A DNA stretch of 64,000 nt. Origin: Bdellovibrionota bacterium. GTDB taxonomy: Bacteria > Bdellovibrionota_C > UBA2361 > CALJRW01. The notes under the pieces were generated by a model. It saw only the letters and a list, made by a program, of their open reading frames with translations, did no database searches and had not been told where the DNA came from. The first letter of the stretch is position 1; every line of letters starts with the position of its first letter. Where the stretch lies: contig JBGSMD010000038.1 in the NCBI GenBank assembly GCA_041740355.1, positions 1-64,000 on the forward strand, given 5' to 3'. The translations under genes were made by a program, and so were the position numbers. Below are positions 1-10,273 of this stretch, one piece after another.

Positions 1-141
1 AGTCCAAAAAGTAATTTACATAAGGAAATTACTTTTTGGGGCTTTCTATCCCCCGGAGGGATAATAAAATCATATAGTTATGACAAAAAAACAAATTGAT
101 CTATTAAATTTTTACGTAATTTATTTTTTGTCATCACTATA
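1..141 (+). mobile_element. MITE family A copy A1 (left end cut by window edge)
   Basis: AGTCCAAAAAGTAATTT..AAATTACTTTTTGG hairpin, CTATCCCCCGGAGGGATAAT core, TATAGTTATGACAAAAAA..TTTTTTGTCATCACTATA hairpin; near-identical to 27406-27553. Confidence 0.85.
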
Positions 142-305
142 ATATAGGTAAAAAGTCAGATTTTCAAGGAATAATTGAATTATATTTAAAAATTCCAAGT
201 CTATAACTGACTAGGTTTCTTATCTGAATCAGGATAGGATGACTTGCTGGATTTTTGGCATTTTGCCACAATCTATCCATAGCCATAGTTAGTATTGGAA
301 AATAA

Positions 306-2453
306 ATGCCTCGTATTTTTGTCCTAGTCTTAATAATATTTCATTTCTTAATTAGTCAGGCATTTGCCAATGAAAGCAATTTATTTAGCTCCGATTATTC
401 CAAAGTTTCCCTTATTTCTGAAAACTCTCAAATCCAGCCTGGAGAAGAATTTTGGTTAGCCCTTAAATTTCAACAAACACCCAATTGGCATATTTATTGG
501 CAAAACCCAGGAGACTCCGGACTTCCACCAAAATTAGAATGGGAAGAACATCCAGATTTAATGTTTGATTCAGAAATCCACTGGGAAAGACCTGATGCTC
601 TTGCCGTGGACCAATTATTAAATTATGGTTTTTCCAGAAGAACAGTACTATTACCAATTAAGGCCTATCTAAAAAAAGATTTTACGGGCAAAGAAGTAGA
701 AATCAAGCTCGGTGCAGATTGGCTAATTTGCAAAGTTGATTGTGTTCCTGAATCTCACACCTTTGTACTAAAACTTGCCGTCGGATCTAAAGTGGAAAGT
801 ATTGATGCGCTAGATTTTAGCGAAAGTTTTAAATTACAACCACAACAAAAAGATTACACGGCCAAGTTTAAGCAAATCGGCTCAAATCTGCAAATTAAAT
901 TTAATCAATTACCAACATTCCAAGGCAGACCCCACTTTGTTTTTGCTAGTGAATCCTTAACTCAAAATACTTTAAAACAAGAATTTAAAGATTTAGTTTT
1001 AAGCCTTCCAATTGCTGCTGAAAATAAAAAAATACCAGAGTCACTGAAAGGATTGCTATTAGATTTAGATATCAAGAATCATACCTCCCATGCCTATGAC
1101 GTTAACATCGAGCAAGGAATAGAAGCTGTAAAAGCGATCCCCAATGCAAAATCACTTGATGCTATTATTAATCCAAGCATAGTAAGCGAGCCGCAAAACT
1201 TCCTTCTGATTTTATTCTTCGCATTTATTGGTGGGATCATTTTAAATTTGATGCCCTGCGTGTTTCCAATAATTTCCATGAAGGTTCTTGATTTCATTAC
1301 CATCTCCAGCCAAAGTCCAAAGATTGCCAGGAAGCATTCACTTTGTTTTGCTGCTGGAATTATTAGCCTAATGTTAGCACTTGCAGTTTTAGCAGAATCT
1401 CTGAAATTGTTTGGTCAAAATCTTGGTTGGGGATTTCAATTACAATCACCTTTATTTGTTAGCTGTTTAATCATATTATTTTATCTATTAGGTCTTTCCT
1501 TTGCTGGCTACTTCTATGTTGGCAATAAAATAATGAGTAAAACTGCCGGCATTCAAACACAAAAAAGCTATTTTGGATCCTTCTTAAATGGCGCACTCGC
1601 CACATTAGTAGCGACACCTTGCACTGCCCCATTTATGGGGACTGCCCTAGGGGCAACTCTTTCCTTAAATTTCTTTTACTCTTTATTAATATTTTTAAGT
1701 TTAGGGATTGGTATTGGGATGCCATTTATCCTACTAACTTATAATCAAAAATTAATGAACTTAATGCCACGACCGGGGGCATGGATGGAGAAACTAAAAC
1801 AGTTTATGTCATTCCTAATGTTCTTAACGAGCCTTTGGTTGCTTTGGGTAGTTATCAGCCTGACAAATTCTGAATATGCAATTGGCTTGTTATTTACGCT
1901 AATCATCCTAACTATGATTATTTGGATTAAAGATAATTTCTTTTTTCAGAATAATTTTCTTAAATTTATTAAGTCACTAGTTATTGCAACATTATTAGTT
2001 TTGGCAATTTTTCCACTTATCCTTGCTAATAATTATAAACCAACGGAAAATTCAGATCTTAAAACCAACAATGCTTATGGCTTAGCATATCAAGAATTTA
2101 GTGAAGAGCTACTCGCCAAAGAAATTGCAGCTGGAAAAGCCGTTTATGTAGATTTCACTGCTCGTTGGTGCATTACCTGCCAAGTAAATAAAAAAAGAGT
2201 TTTTTCATCTTTTGAAGTTCGTAATTTTTTTGAAAAAAATAATGTCAGTTTATTAGTTGCTGATTGGACTAACAAAGATGAAAAAATTAAGATTTCTTTA
2301 AATAAATATGGGCGTAATAGCGTCCCACTTAATATTATTTATGGAAATAAAGATAAGTCTGGTAAATTTTTAGTCTTACCAGCATTACTTAGTGCTTCAG
2401 AAGTACTGTCTAACTTACAAGAATTAACTTTAACCAAACCGGAGAAATATTAA
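306..2453 (+). CDS. dsbD: Thiol:disulfide interchange protein, DsbD/ScsB family
   Basis: N-terminal WHIYWQNPGDSG and CKVDC; TM domain NLMPCVFP and ATPCTAPF; C-terminal thioredoxin WCITC. Confidence 0.9.
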   Translation: MPRIFVLVLIIFHFLISQAFANESNLFSSDYSKVSLISENSQIQPGEEFWLALKFQQTPNWHIYWQNPGDSGLPPKLEWEEHPDLMFDSEIHWERPDALAVDQLLNYGFSRRTVLLPIKAYLKKDFTGKEVEIKLGADWLICKVDCVPESHTFVLKLAVGSKVESIDALDFSESFKLQPQQKDYTAKFKQIGSNLQIKFNQLPTFQGRPHFVFASESLTQNTLKQEFKDLVLSLPIAAENKKIPESLKGLLLDLDIKNHTSHAYDVNIEQGIEAVKAIPNAKSLDAIINPSIVSEPQNFLLILFFAFIGGIILNLMPCVFPIISMKVLDFITISSQSPKIARKHSLCFAAGIISLMLALAVLAESLKLFGQNLGWGFQLQSPLFVSCLIILFYLLGLSFAGYFYVGNKIMSKTAGIQTQKSYFGSFLNGALATLVATPCTAPFMGTALGATLSLNFFYSLLIFLSLGIGIGMPFILLTYNQKLMNLMPRPGAWMEKLKQFMSFLMFLTSLWLLWVVISLTNSEYAIGLLFTLIILTMIIWIKDNFFFQNNFLKFIKSLVIATLLVLAIFPLILANNYKPTENSDLKTNNAYGLAYQEFSEELLAKEIAAGKAVYVDFTARWCITCQVNKKRVFSSFEVRNFFEKNNVSLLVADWTNKDEKIKISLNKYGRNSVPLNIIYGNKDKSGKFLVLPALLSASEVLSNLQELTLTKPEKY

Positions 2454-3062
2454 ATGAGTAAATTAAAACTAATAATTTCAATCTTTGCAGTAATGCTTTG
2501 TAGCAGTATGTCAGCATTTGCAGATGTAGAAGTTGGCAAGCCAGCTCCTGATTTTGAACTAACAGACTCTAATGGAAAAACTCATAAACTTTCTGACTTC
2601 AAAGGAAAAAATGTTGTCCTAGAATGGTTCAATCATGATTGTCCATTTGTGGTTAAACATTACGGATCCGGAAACATGCAAGCCTTACAAAAGAAATACA
2701 CAGAGTCAGGAGTAATCTGGCTAGCGATCAATTCAGGAAGTAAAGAATCTGGTTCCTATAAAGATCCAGAAACTACTAATGCTAGATCACTAGAACATAA
2801 AGCATTACCAACAGCAGTATTAATTGATGATACTGGAAAAGTTGGTAAAGAGTACGGAGCAAAAACAACTCCTCACATGTATGTAGTTGATGCTACTGGA
2901 ACACTTCGCTACCAAGGAGCAATTGACTCCACACCATCAGCTGATGCTGAAGACATTGCTAAATCAGAGAACTACGTTAGTAAAGCTTTAGATGCAATCG
3001 TTGCTGGACAGGAAGTTGCAACTACAGTTACTAAGGCTTATGGTTGTAGTGTGAAATACTAG
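2454..3062 (+). CDS. Exported AhpC/TSA-family redoxin (peroxiredoxin-like)
   Basis: Signal peptide, APDFELTD, WFNHDCPFV, YGAKTTPH, C-terminal YGCSVKY; abuts dsbD. Confidence 0.85.
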   Translation: MSKLKLIISIFAVMLCSSMSAFADVEVGKPAPDFELTDSNGKTHKLSDFKGKNVVLEWFNHDCPFVVKHYGSGNMQALQKKYTESGVIWLAINSGSKESGSYKDPETTNARSLEHKALPTAVLIDDTGKVGKEYGAKTTPHMYVVDATGTLRYQGAIDSTPSADAEDIAKSENYVSKALDAIVAGQEVATTVTKAYGCSVKY

Positions 3063-3101
3063 CAGTCTTAGGTATAATTCAGCTTAGAAAAATGTCTAAT
3101 G

Positions 3102-3299
3102 TATAGTGAGTCCAAAAAATAAATTATTTTAAATGACTAAAAAATTTTGCTTGGACTCACTATTTATCTTGTTTTAAGCTATGTAAACTCGGATATCTGC
3201 CGTAGCTTTTGCTTTAGTGCGACACAAATCCAAGATTTGCATCTGCCGTAATGTTTCTGTTCAATTTACTGACGTAAATAATTTTTTATAATTAATATA
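3102..3299 (+). mobile_element. MITE family B copy B1 with degenerate ~30-nt REP-like insert (3196-3226)
   Basis: TATAGTGAGTCCAAAAAAT...TTGGACTCACTAT hairpin; aligns with 11799-11963 and the reverse complement of 36676-36933. Confidence 0.8.
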
Positions 3300-3728
3300 T
3301 TTGATATAGACAGATTCTATTCTGAATCATGTTAGGACTTCTACATCTTGTTGTGCCATGTTCCTAGTTCAATAACATTTCTATGGACTGTAAAAACCTG
3401 GACACCAATCGCGCCAGAAAGTATTTCCATCGTTTTTGGTCCGTTTATACTCTGTTATTTCACCACTATTCAGTCTTCGCCAATCAAGAGAAATATCTCC
3501 CTTACAGTGAAAGATCAACACTTGATTCTGAAATACACCTACTGGAAACCATGCAACTACTGCAGCGATATAGAATTGGTCATTATTTTTTAATTTATCT
3601 GGCAAAAGAGTTTCGAATGACTGATTTAGTGTTGTATTGCTAAATGATCTTGCCCCTTAAATTCATCATTTGAGTCTATGAGACTAAGTTTAACGATTTT
3701 GTTAAACTGTTTTATAGGAGCAAAAAAG

Positions 3729-4001
3729 ATGAAAAAATTCAGTGAAGACTTTAAGCGTGAGGCGGTGAAGCTAGTTGAGGTTCATGGTATGAGGCACGAT
3801 CAAGCCGCCTTAGAACTTGGCATCGGCAAATCGACCTTAGATAAGTGGTTAAAGGAGTACCGAACAACCAACGAAGCTAATGGTTTAACAGCCGATGAAA
3901 AAGCAGAGCTTCGTGAGCTAAGAACTAAACTTAGGAAGGTAACCTTGGAGCGTGACCTTTTAAAAAAAGCGGCGATATTGTTTGCCAAGCACGAGGAGTA
4001 A
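3729..4001 (+). CDS. IS3 transposase OrfA (HTH)
   Basis: FSEDFKREAVKLV...LGIGKSTLDKW...ERDLLKKAA; GGAG RBS upstream. Confidence 0.9.
   Translation: MKKFSEDFKREAVKLVEVHGMRHDQAALELGIGKSTLDKWLKEYRTTNEANGLTADEKAELRELRTKLRKVTLERDLLKKAAILFAKHEE
3962..3969 (+). promoter_or_regulatory. -1 programmed frameshift motif A7G
   Basis: AAAAAAAG at the OrfA/OrfB overlap, typical of IS3 family. Confidence 0.75.
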
Positions 4002-4882
4002 GGTTTGGTTTTGTATCTGAGTATTTATCAACAGAGTTAAGTGCTCTGGAGCTTTGTGATTTAGTTAAGGTAAAACCTGCTGATTATTATTACTGGCAAA
4101 GAACGGAAAGACAGAGGAGTCTAACTACCAAACAAGAATCTGAATTACTGTCTAAGGTTAAAGATATCTTTAAGGCAAGTTGTGAAACTTATGGTAGTCC
4201 CAGAGTTTGGCGTTCTCTGCTTAGGTTAGGAGTTAGTTGCAACAGAAAACAAGTTGCATTAATTATGCGTAAAAATGGCTTAATATCAGTGCATTTTAAG
4301 CGTAAGAGAAAGTTTGTAGTTACAACTAATTCTGCTGGAACTAAAGTTCCAGCACCTAATCTTCTTCAGCAGAACTTTACAGCTAAGTCCCCAAATCAGA
4401 AATGGGTTGGTGATGTAACTTTTATAAGATCTGATGAAGGCTGGGTATACTTAGCAACAGTGATTGATTTATTTTCTAGGAAAGTTGTTGGACATGCTGT
4501 TAGTAATCGCAATGATGCAACTTTAGCAGTCACTGCTTTTAAGATGGCATTACTGAGAAGACAACAACCTAGAGAACTAGTTTATCATTCTGACAGGGGT
4601 AGTATTTATGCTAGTCATGATTTTAAATCATTACTAACAGATAATAATATTCAACCTAGTATGAGTCGAAGTGGCAATTGCTATGATAATGCCGTAGCAG
4701 AAAGTTTCTTCCATACTTTAAAGGTTGAACTTGTTGATAGAAACAGATACAAATTAAGAATATCTGCCGCTGTTAGTATTAGGCAGTGGATCGAGAATTT
4801 CTACAATACAAAACGAATGCATTCTGCTATTGGGTATTGTAGTCCAAACGAATTTGAGCAAATTAACTCAAATTCTACGTAG
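3998..4882 (+). CDS. IS3 transposase OrfB (DDE/rve domain), expressed as OrfAB fusion
   Basis: YGSPRV, WVGDVT, IDLFSRKVVG, HSDRGSIY, DNAVAESFF, YNTKRMHSAIG; frame open from at least 3998. Confidence 0.9.
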   Translation, partial: VRFGFVSEYLSTELSALELCDLVKVKPADYYYWQRTERQRSLTTKQESELLSKVKDIFKASCETYGSPRVWRSLLRLGVSCNRKQVALIMRKNGLISVHFKRKRKFVVTTNSAGTKVPAPNLLQQNFTAKSPNQKWVGDVTFIRSDEGWVYLATVIDLFSRKVVGHAVSNRNDATLAVTAFKMALLRRQQPRELVYHSDRGSIYASHDFKSLLTDNNIQPSMSRSGNCYDNAVAESFFHTLKVELVDRNRYKLRISAAVSIRQWIENFYNTKRMHSAIGYCSPNEFEQINSNST

Positions 4883-5824
4883 ACTCAGATGGTGAAAATT
4901 TGGGGCAAGCTCAAACCATACAGAATATATCCCTAGTAGTAGACTTATTACAGCTGCTAAGCGCAGCTTGATGTGGCGCTATTCTAGGGGCATTAACTAT
5001 TTCATTTTCTAAAGCGTATGCTATCTGTATTATTTGTCTATATGCAGATAGAGTCTCAACATTATATGCCTTGGTTTTGAATTGATCAAAAATTGCTATA
5101 GAAGTAGCAGCCAAGATACCTAAAATAGCAGTAGTTACTAAAAGTTCAATGAGCGTAAACGCTTTATTATTCGATATGAAGCTCATTTATTAATTTTCTC
5201 ATAAAAACACCTAAGTTTCAATACTTATACTTTATGCCTTAAAGTAAATGTGACTGAAGAAAAAGGATTCAGCAGATTGAGTTTAAGTTGTAGAGTCATA
5301 ATTCATGTTAACGAAAAAAGATAGATTTTAGGAGATCCTACGAACAAATGACCTGTTAGTCACAAGCATGCGCTAAGGTGGATGTGCTGGAAAGACCTTG
5401 GTAGAGCAAGAAATACAGTTAAACATGGGGCTTTGCTGGTAGCTATCAATATCATGTATCTAAGCAGGCATTAAGGCAATTCTGGGCAAGTACCCAAAGA
5501 TTGAGGACGAGATTGGGTAACTTAAGTCAGAAAATCCACAGTCAGCTTTGACAAATTAGTTTAGTCACGATTGATCGGATTCTTCATCAGCATAAAGTCC
5601 TAAAAGTAAAATCTTTAACAAGGATTTGTGGATTTCGAGAAGATATACCAATTCAAGAAAACATTTGAGGACATCACTATTCCTGCTTGTATTCTTCCTT
5701 TTCAGGTTCCTCACGAGAAGATAATTCTCTAAGGAGCTCAACATTCTACGCTAATGCAAAAGTTAGCCGATAAAAGCTGCCGTCAAAAATCAGTCTCAAA
5801 TTTTTCTTTTCGACCCTCAGCAAT

Positions 5825-6271
5825 TTAACAAGGAAACTCCAAGGGAATAGTAACAGGTCCATCATTTAATAAAGCAACTTTCATATCAGCACCGAATACA
5901 CCAGTTTCTACCTGATATGGATATGATGATTTGAACTTTTCACAAAATTCTTCAAATAAACTTTTAGCAAGTTGCGGTGGCATCGCCTTAAAAAACTCAG
6001 GCCGTCGCCCCTTAGAAGTATCGGCATAAAGTGTGAATTGAGGAACAAGAATAACACCCCCATTTATATCTAATAAGGAATTATCAAAACGACCCTTGGG
6101 ATTTGAAAAAATTCTCATATTAATAATTTTTTCAATGATTACTGCGAATTTGCTATTATCATCCCCTTCTCCCAATCCAATTAATGCCAAGATCCCTGAA
6201 TCAATTTGAGCTACTATCTCCTGATTTACAGTAACAGAGGCAGAGGAAACACGTTGGATGATAATTTTCAT
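5825..6271 (-). CDS. dtd: D-aminoacyl-tRNA deacylase
   Basis: QRVSSASV, PQFTLY, KGRRP, FGADM, NDGPVT. Confidence 0.95.
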   Translation of the reverse strand: MKIIIQRVSSASVTVNQEIVAQIDSGILALIGLGEGDDNSKFAVIIEKIINMRIFSNPKGRFDNSLLDINGGVILVPQFTLYADTSKGRRPEFFKAMPPQLAKSLFEEFCEKFKSSYPYQVETGVFGADMKVALLNDGPVTIPLEFPC

Positions 6272-6325
6272 GGCAGAATTAGGGCTTAGACTTGAATCTC
6301 TTAACTTGCTATAAAAGATCGATAT

Positions 6326-6464
6326 TATAGTTATAACAAAATGTAATTTACGAATATATATTAAGGTTAATTTTGTTATAACTATATGATTTTATTATCC
6401 CACCGGGGGATAGTAAGCCCCAAAAAGTAATCCCCTACGGAAATTACTTTTTGGACTTACTATA
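6326..6464 (-). mobile_element. MITE family A copy A2
   Basis: Reverse-complement match to A1; TATAG...CTATA ends; between divergent dtd and cysS. Confidence 0.85.
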
Positions 6465-6481
6465 TCATTCATTTTCTAATT

Positions 6482-7891
6482 ATGTCGGACTTTAAACTTT
6501 ATAATACCCTTACTCGTGAAGTAAGCGATTTCCAGCCAATTAATCCTAAGGAAGTCAAAATATATTGCTGTGGACCAACTGTTTACGACTATCAACACAT
6601 TGGAAATTTCAAAACCTTTCTAATGGAAAACCTGTTAGTGAAAGCACTAAGAATGGCCGGTTATCCAGTTAAGTTTGTGATGAACATTACTGATGTTGGA
6701 CACTTAACTAGCGATGCTGATGATGGCGAAGACAAAATGCTGATCGCCGCTAAACGCGAAAAAAAGAAGTCTTATGAAATCGCTGAGTTTTATACCAACA
6801 AATTTTTCGAGGACTGGGATCTTCTGAAAATGATTCGCCCTGATATAGTTTGTAAAGCTAGTGACCATATCCCTGAAATGATTACAATGATCAAGACTCT
6901 AGAAGAAAAAGGCTACGCCTATGTTGCTAATGGAAATGTTTACTTTGATGTATCAAAGCTTAATGACTATGGAAAGCTTGCTAAGCTTGATTTAGAAAAA
7001 CTTCAAGCGGGAACAACAATTGAAGTTGACTCCCACAAGAAGGGCCCTTTTGATTTTGTTCTCTGGTTCACTAATTCCAAATTTACAAATCCGGAATTAA
7101 CTTGGGAATCACCTTGGGGTGAAGGTTATCCCGGATGGCATATCGAATGTTCTGCCATGTCGATGAAATACTTAGGAGAGCAAATTGATATTCATTGCGG
7201 GGGCATCGATCATGTTCCTGTTCATCACACTAACGAAATAGCTCAGTCCGAAGCTGCTACCGGAAATAAATGGGTAAACTTTTGGGTTCATTCAGAATTT
7301 ATTTTACTAAACAGCGAGAAGATGTCCAAATCTAAGGGTGGTTTTATTACTTTAGATACACTAATTACTGACGGGGTAGATCCCCTAGCCTACAAAATGC
7401 TTTGCTTAGGAACACACTATCGTAAGCAAATTAACTACTCTACAGAATCACTGAATAACGCTTCTAGAAATCTTCAAAAAATATATTCTGCCTTGGCTAA
7501 TTTGCCATACGAGCTAAATGAAAAGCTCCCTGAATTTGCTAATAGCACTTTAAATTATTGGAATGATTTTAGAGCAGCAATTTTTAATGATTTAAATACT
7601 CCCCAAGCCTTAGCAACTTTCTGGCAAATTTTAGACGATCAAAAACTCGAAGCAAAGGAAAAGTTAAATCTAATTTTTCATTGTGACGAAATACTTGGGT
7701 TTGATCTTAAAAATTGGCAGCCTGCTAAACTTGAAATCCCGGAAGAGGTATTAGCTTTAGTTGAACTCCGTAAAGTTGCTAGAGCTAATAAAGATTGGAG
7801 TGGTTCAGACAATCTTCGAGCTCAAATTGCGGGTTATGGTTTTGATCTCAAAGACACTGGGACCGAACAAACATTAACCAAAAAACTCTAA
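6482..7891 (+). CDS. cysS: Cysteine--tRNA ligase
   Basis: CGPTVY, HIGN, PGWHIEC, DIHCGG, KMSKS. Confidence 0.97.
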   Translation: MSDFKLYNTLTREVSDFQPINPKEVKIYCCGPTVYDYQHIGNFKTFLMENLLVKALRMAGYPVKFVMNITDVGHLTSDADDGEDKMLIAAKREKKKSYEIAEFYTNKFFEDWDLLKMIRPDIVCKASDHIPEMITMIKTLEEKGYAYVANGNVYFDVSKLNDYGKLAKLDLEKLQAGTTIEVDSHKKGPFDFVLWFTNSKFTNPELTWESPWGEGYPGWHIECSAMSMKYLGEQIDIHCGGIDHVPVHHTNEIAQSEAATGNKWVNFWVHSEFILLNSEKMSKSKGGFITLDTLITDGVDPLAYKMLCLGTHYRKQINYSTESLNNASRNLQKIYSALANLPYELNEKLPEFANSTLNYWNDFRAAIFNDLNTPQALATFWQILDDQKLEAKEKLNLIFHCDEILGFDLKNWQPAKLEIPEEVLALVELRKVARANKDWSGSDNLRAQIAGYGFDLKDTGTEQTLTKKL

Positions 7892-7913
7892 TACTAATCT
7901 ATTAATATCCCTC

Positions 7914-8921
7914 ATGACTTACAACTTACCCAAAAACTCAATTGTTTTAGTTACAGGTGCTACTGGATTTACTGGAACATACCTAATTAATAAACTTTTA
8001 AAACAGAACTTAACAATACGAGTTATTGCTCGACCTTCCTCACGAGCGGAGGATCTTAAAAAGCTAGGTTGTGAAGTTTTTATCGGACAAGTTTATGATC
8101 AAGCAGTCATTAATTCGGCTTGTGAGAATGTAAACTACATTTTTCATGTAGCAGCCGCATTTCGGGAAGCTGGGATTAGCGATGATATTTATTCCAAAGT
8201 ACATGTTGATAGTACTAAATTTTTAGCCCAAGCAGTCGCTGGTAAACCGGATTTTAAAAGATTTGTGCATATCTCCACAATGGGAGTTCATGGTCATATT
8301 AAAAATCCTCCTGGAAATGAAGAATCTCCCTTTGCCCCAGGAGATCTTTATCAGATCACAAAAATGGAAGCTGATATCTGGATTAGAGAATTTGCGAAAG
8401 CCAATAATCTTTCCGTCACAGTAGTCCGTCCAACTGGAATTTATGGGCCAGGAGATCGTCGCTTATTAAAAATTTTTAAGATGAGCAAATGGCCAATCTT
8501 TCCAATTCTTGGATATGGTAAATGTCTTTACCACTTAACTCATGTTCATGATTTAACTAATGCTTTTCTTTTAGCCGCAATTCACCCAGCTGCGGACCAA
8601 GAAGTTTTTCTCTGTGGCGATGCTCAAGCAATTCCACTAGTCGATATGATCAAACTAAGTGCAGAAGTCACAGGTAAGAAACCTTGGGTCTTAAGAATCC
8701 CCGTAACCCCATTCTTTATTCTTGGAGACATCTGCGAGTTTATTTGTAAGCCACTAAAGATAGAACCTCCGATTTACAGACGACGTGTAGCATTTTTTAC
8801 CAAGGATCGATCTTTTGATACTTCCAAAATACGAAATAAACTTGGATTTGAAAATGAATTTACTAATGAGACTGGGATAAAATCTACTGTGGAATGGTAT
8901 CTCAAAGAAGGTTGGCTTTAA
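7914..8921 (+). CDS. NAD-dependent epimerase/dehydratase (extended SDR)
   Basis: TGATGFTG, YQITK (YxxxK), RPTGIYGPGD. Confidence 0.9.
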   Translation: MTYNLPKNSIVLVTGATGFTGTYLINKLLKQNLTIRVIARPSSRAEDLKKLGCEVFIGQVYDQAVINSACENVNYIFHVAAAFREAGISDDIYSKVHVDSTKFLAQAVAGKPDFKRFVHISTMGVHGHIKNPPGNEESPFAPGDLYQITKMEADIWIREFAKANNLSVTVVRPTGIYGPGDRRLLKIFKMSKWPIFPILGYGKCLYHLTHVHDLTNAFLLAAIHPAADQEVFLCGDAQAIPLVDMIKLSAEVTGKKPWVLRIPVTPFFILGDICEFICKPLKIEPPIYRRRVAFFTKDRSFDTSKIRNKLGFENEFTNETGIKSTVEWYLKEGWL

Positions 8922-8923
8922 TT

Positions 8924-10126
8924 TTAATTAAGAATAACATTCTTGTAGCAATCCTTTAAAACTGCTTTAAACTTCTCTTGTTGTTCGATACTACCAATTT
9001 GCAAAGCAGCTTGTACTAAAGATTTTTTCTCCGCTTCAGAAATCTCAAAAAGACCTCGATGAATTGCTCGTGCTAAAGAGTTTGGTTCCGGATCCGCTAA
9101 TAAGCAATTCTCCGAATTTAAAACTTGCGTATGAGATGCAATATTTGTGGCTAATAATAAATTTCCAGACGCTAGATATGTATATATCTTAAGTGGGACA
9201 TTATTTCCCTGAACACGGCTTGATACTAATAAATCAGCTAGTTCCATAAAGACTGGCATTGCTTCAGCAGGAAATTCTCCACAAAAAATTATCTCATCTG
9301 TTAATCCCAAGGCAGCTACTTTCTTTTTATATCGATCAATAACCTGCTCCTCTCCCGAACCTCCACCAACTAATAATAATCTAAACTTTTTAGTTTCTGA
9401 GGTAGTAATTCTTTTTAGTTCAGCAATACTCTCAATTAACAAATCAATTCCTTGATAACTATGAAAGTTACCGGTGTAAACCAGAACACTGTCTTCTTGA
9501 CTGAAAAACTTTTCTTGAATTGTCTTTTTTAATGCCACTGACGCTAATTCTGAAAAATTCAAGGGACAATCTAAAAGACTGTATGCAGTAACAGAAGGTG
9601 CTAAAGAAGTTAAAAGCTTTGTCATTTCAGGTCCAACAGTAATTATCGCCTTAGCCCGATTCATTGCTTGCAATTCTAACTTTTTAAAATAGTTTAGAAT
9701 AATTTTAGATTTAATAAATTTGCTATCTTCAATCTGCTGAGACATCCATGAGTGCATATCATAAATGTAGGGAATCTTATATTTTCGACCAAGACAACTT
9801 GCTATCAAGCCAGCTTCTTCTACACCATGAATTAGATCATATTTATTCTTCTTGACTAAGCTAAAAGCTTTCCAAGCAAATGGTATGTCAAATAAGCACT
9901 TTCCAAATGAGGGCCCAATCTTAACTTTAGTCAAAAAAGGAATTGAGCTAGATCGAAAGATTTTATAGGCATTCTTCTTGGGCCCCTTGCCAATTGGATA
10001 ACAAAGCAAATCAACTTGGTATCCCAGTTCTGCTAAGGCATCAACTGTAGCTAAAGCACGAAAGGAACTACCACGCGACAATAAATAAGGTTGTGGCAAT
10101 AAATACAAGACTTTCTTTACTGTCAT
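8924..10126 (-). CDS. Glycosyltransferase family 4
   Basis: YTGNFHSYQGIDLL, PLKIYTYLASG; GT-B pattern. Confidence 0.88.
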   Translation of the reverse strand: MTVKKVLYLLPQPYLLSRGSSFRALATVDALAELGYQVDLLCYPIGKGPKKNAYKIFRSSSIPFLTKVKIGPSFGKCLFDIPFAWKAFSLVKKNKYDLIHGVEEAGLIASCLGRKYKIPYIYDMHSWMSQQIEDSKFIKSKIILNYFKKLELQAMNRAKAIITVGPEMTKLLTSLAPSVTAYSLLDCPLNFSELASVALKKTIQEKFFSQEDSVLVYTGNFHSYQGIDLLIESIAELKRITTSETKKFRLLLVGGGSGEEQVIDRYKKKVAALGLTDEIIFCGEFPAEAMPVFMELADLLVSSRVQGNNVPLKIYTYLASGNLLLATNIASHTQVLNSENCLLADPEPNSLARAIHRGLFEISEAEKKSLVQAALQIGSIEQQEKFKAVLKDCYKNVILN

Positions 10127-10273
10127 CTATAAACTCTCCACTGATCATTTTTGAAAATTAAAATTATCATAAAGAAAGAGTTGATATTTTTTTCTATAGC
10201 AAAAAAGTTTAGACTATTTGTTGCTTAACTCCTGTAATTTATTTTTGTCAAAAATAAGTTACAGGGCGTTTAT

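Larger units (their letters stand above)
3645..4913 (+). mobile_element. IS3-family insertion sequence (1269 bp)
   Basis: IRL TGATCTTGCCCCTTAAATTCATCATTTGAGTCTA vs IRR(rc) TGAGCTTGCCCCAAATTTTCACCATCTGAGTCTA; TG...CA ends; orfA/orfB in -1 relative frame. Confidence 0.95.
3381..5186 (-). pseudogene. Type IV pilin-like gene interrupted by an IS3 element (N-part 4914-5186, C-part 3381-3644)
   Basis: Prepilin motif AFTLIELLV; the frame continues past the IS (FSNTTLNQSFETLLPD...FHCKG), matching LP...FHCNG of the intact pilin at 38801-39409. Confidence 0.8.

Noticed and set aside
3642-4916. Target-site duplication of the IS3 element
   Set aside because: Flanks AAA and AAC are not identical, so no TSD is claimed.
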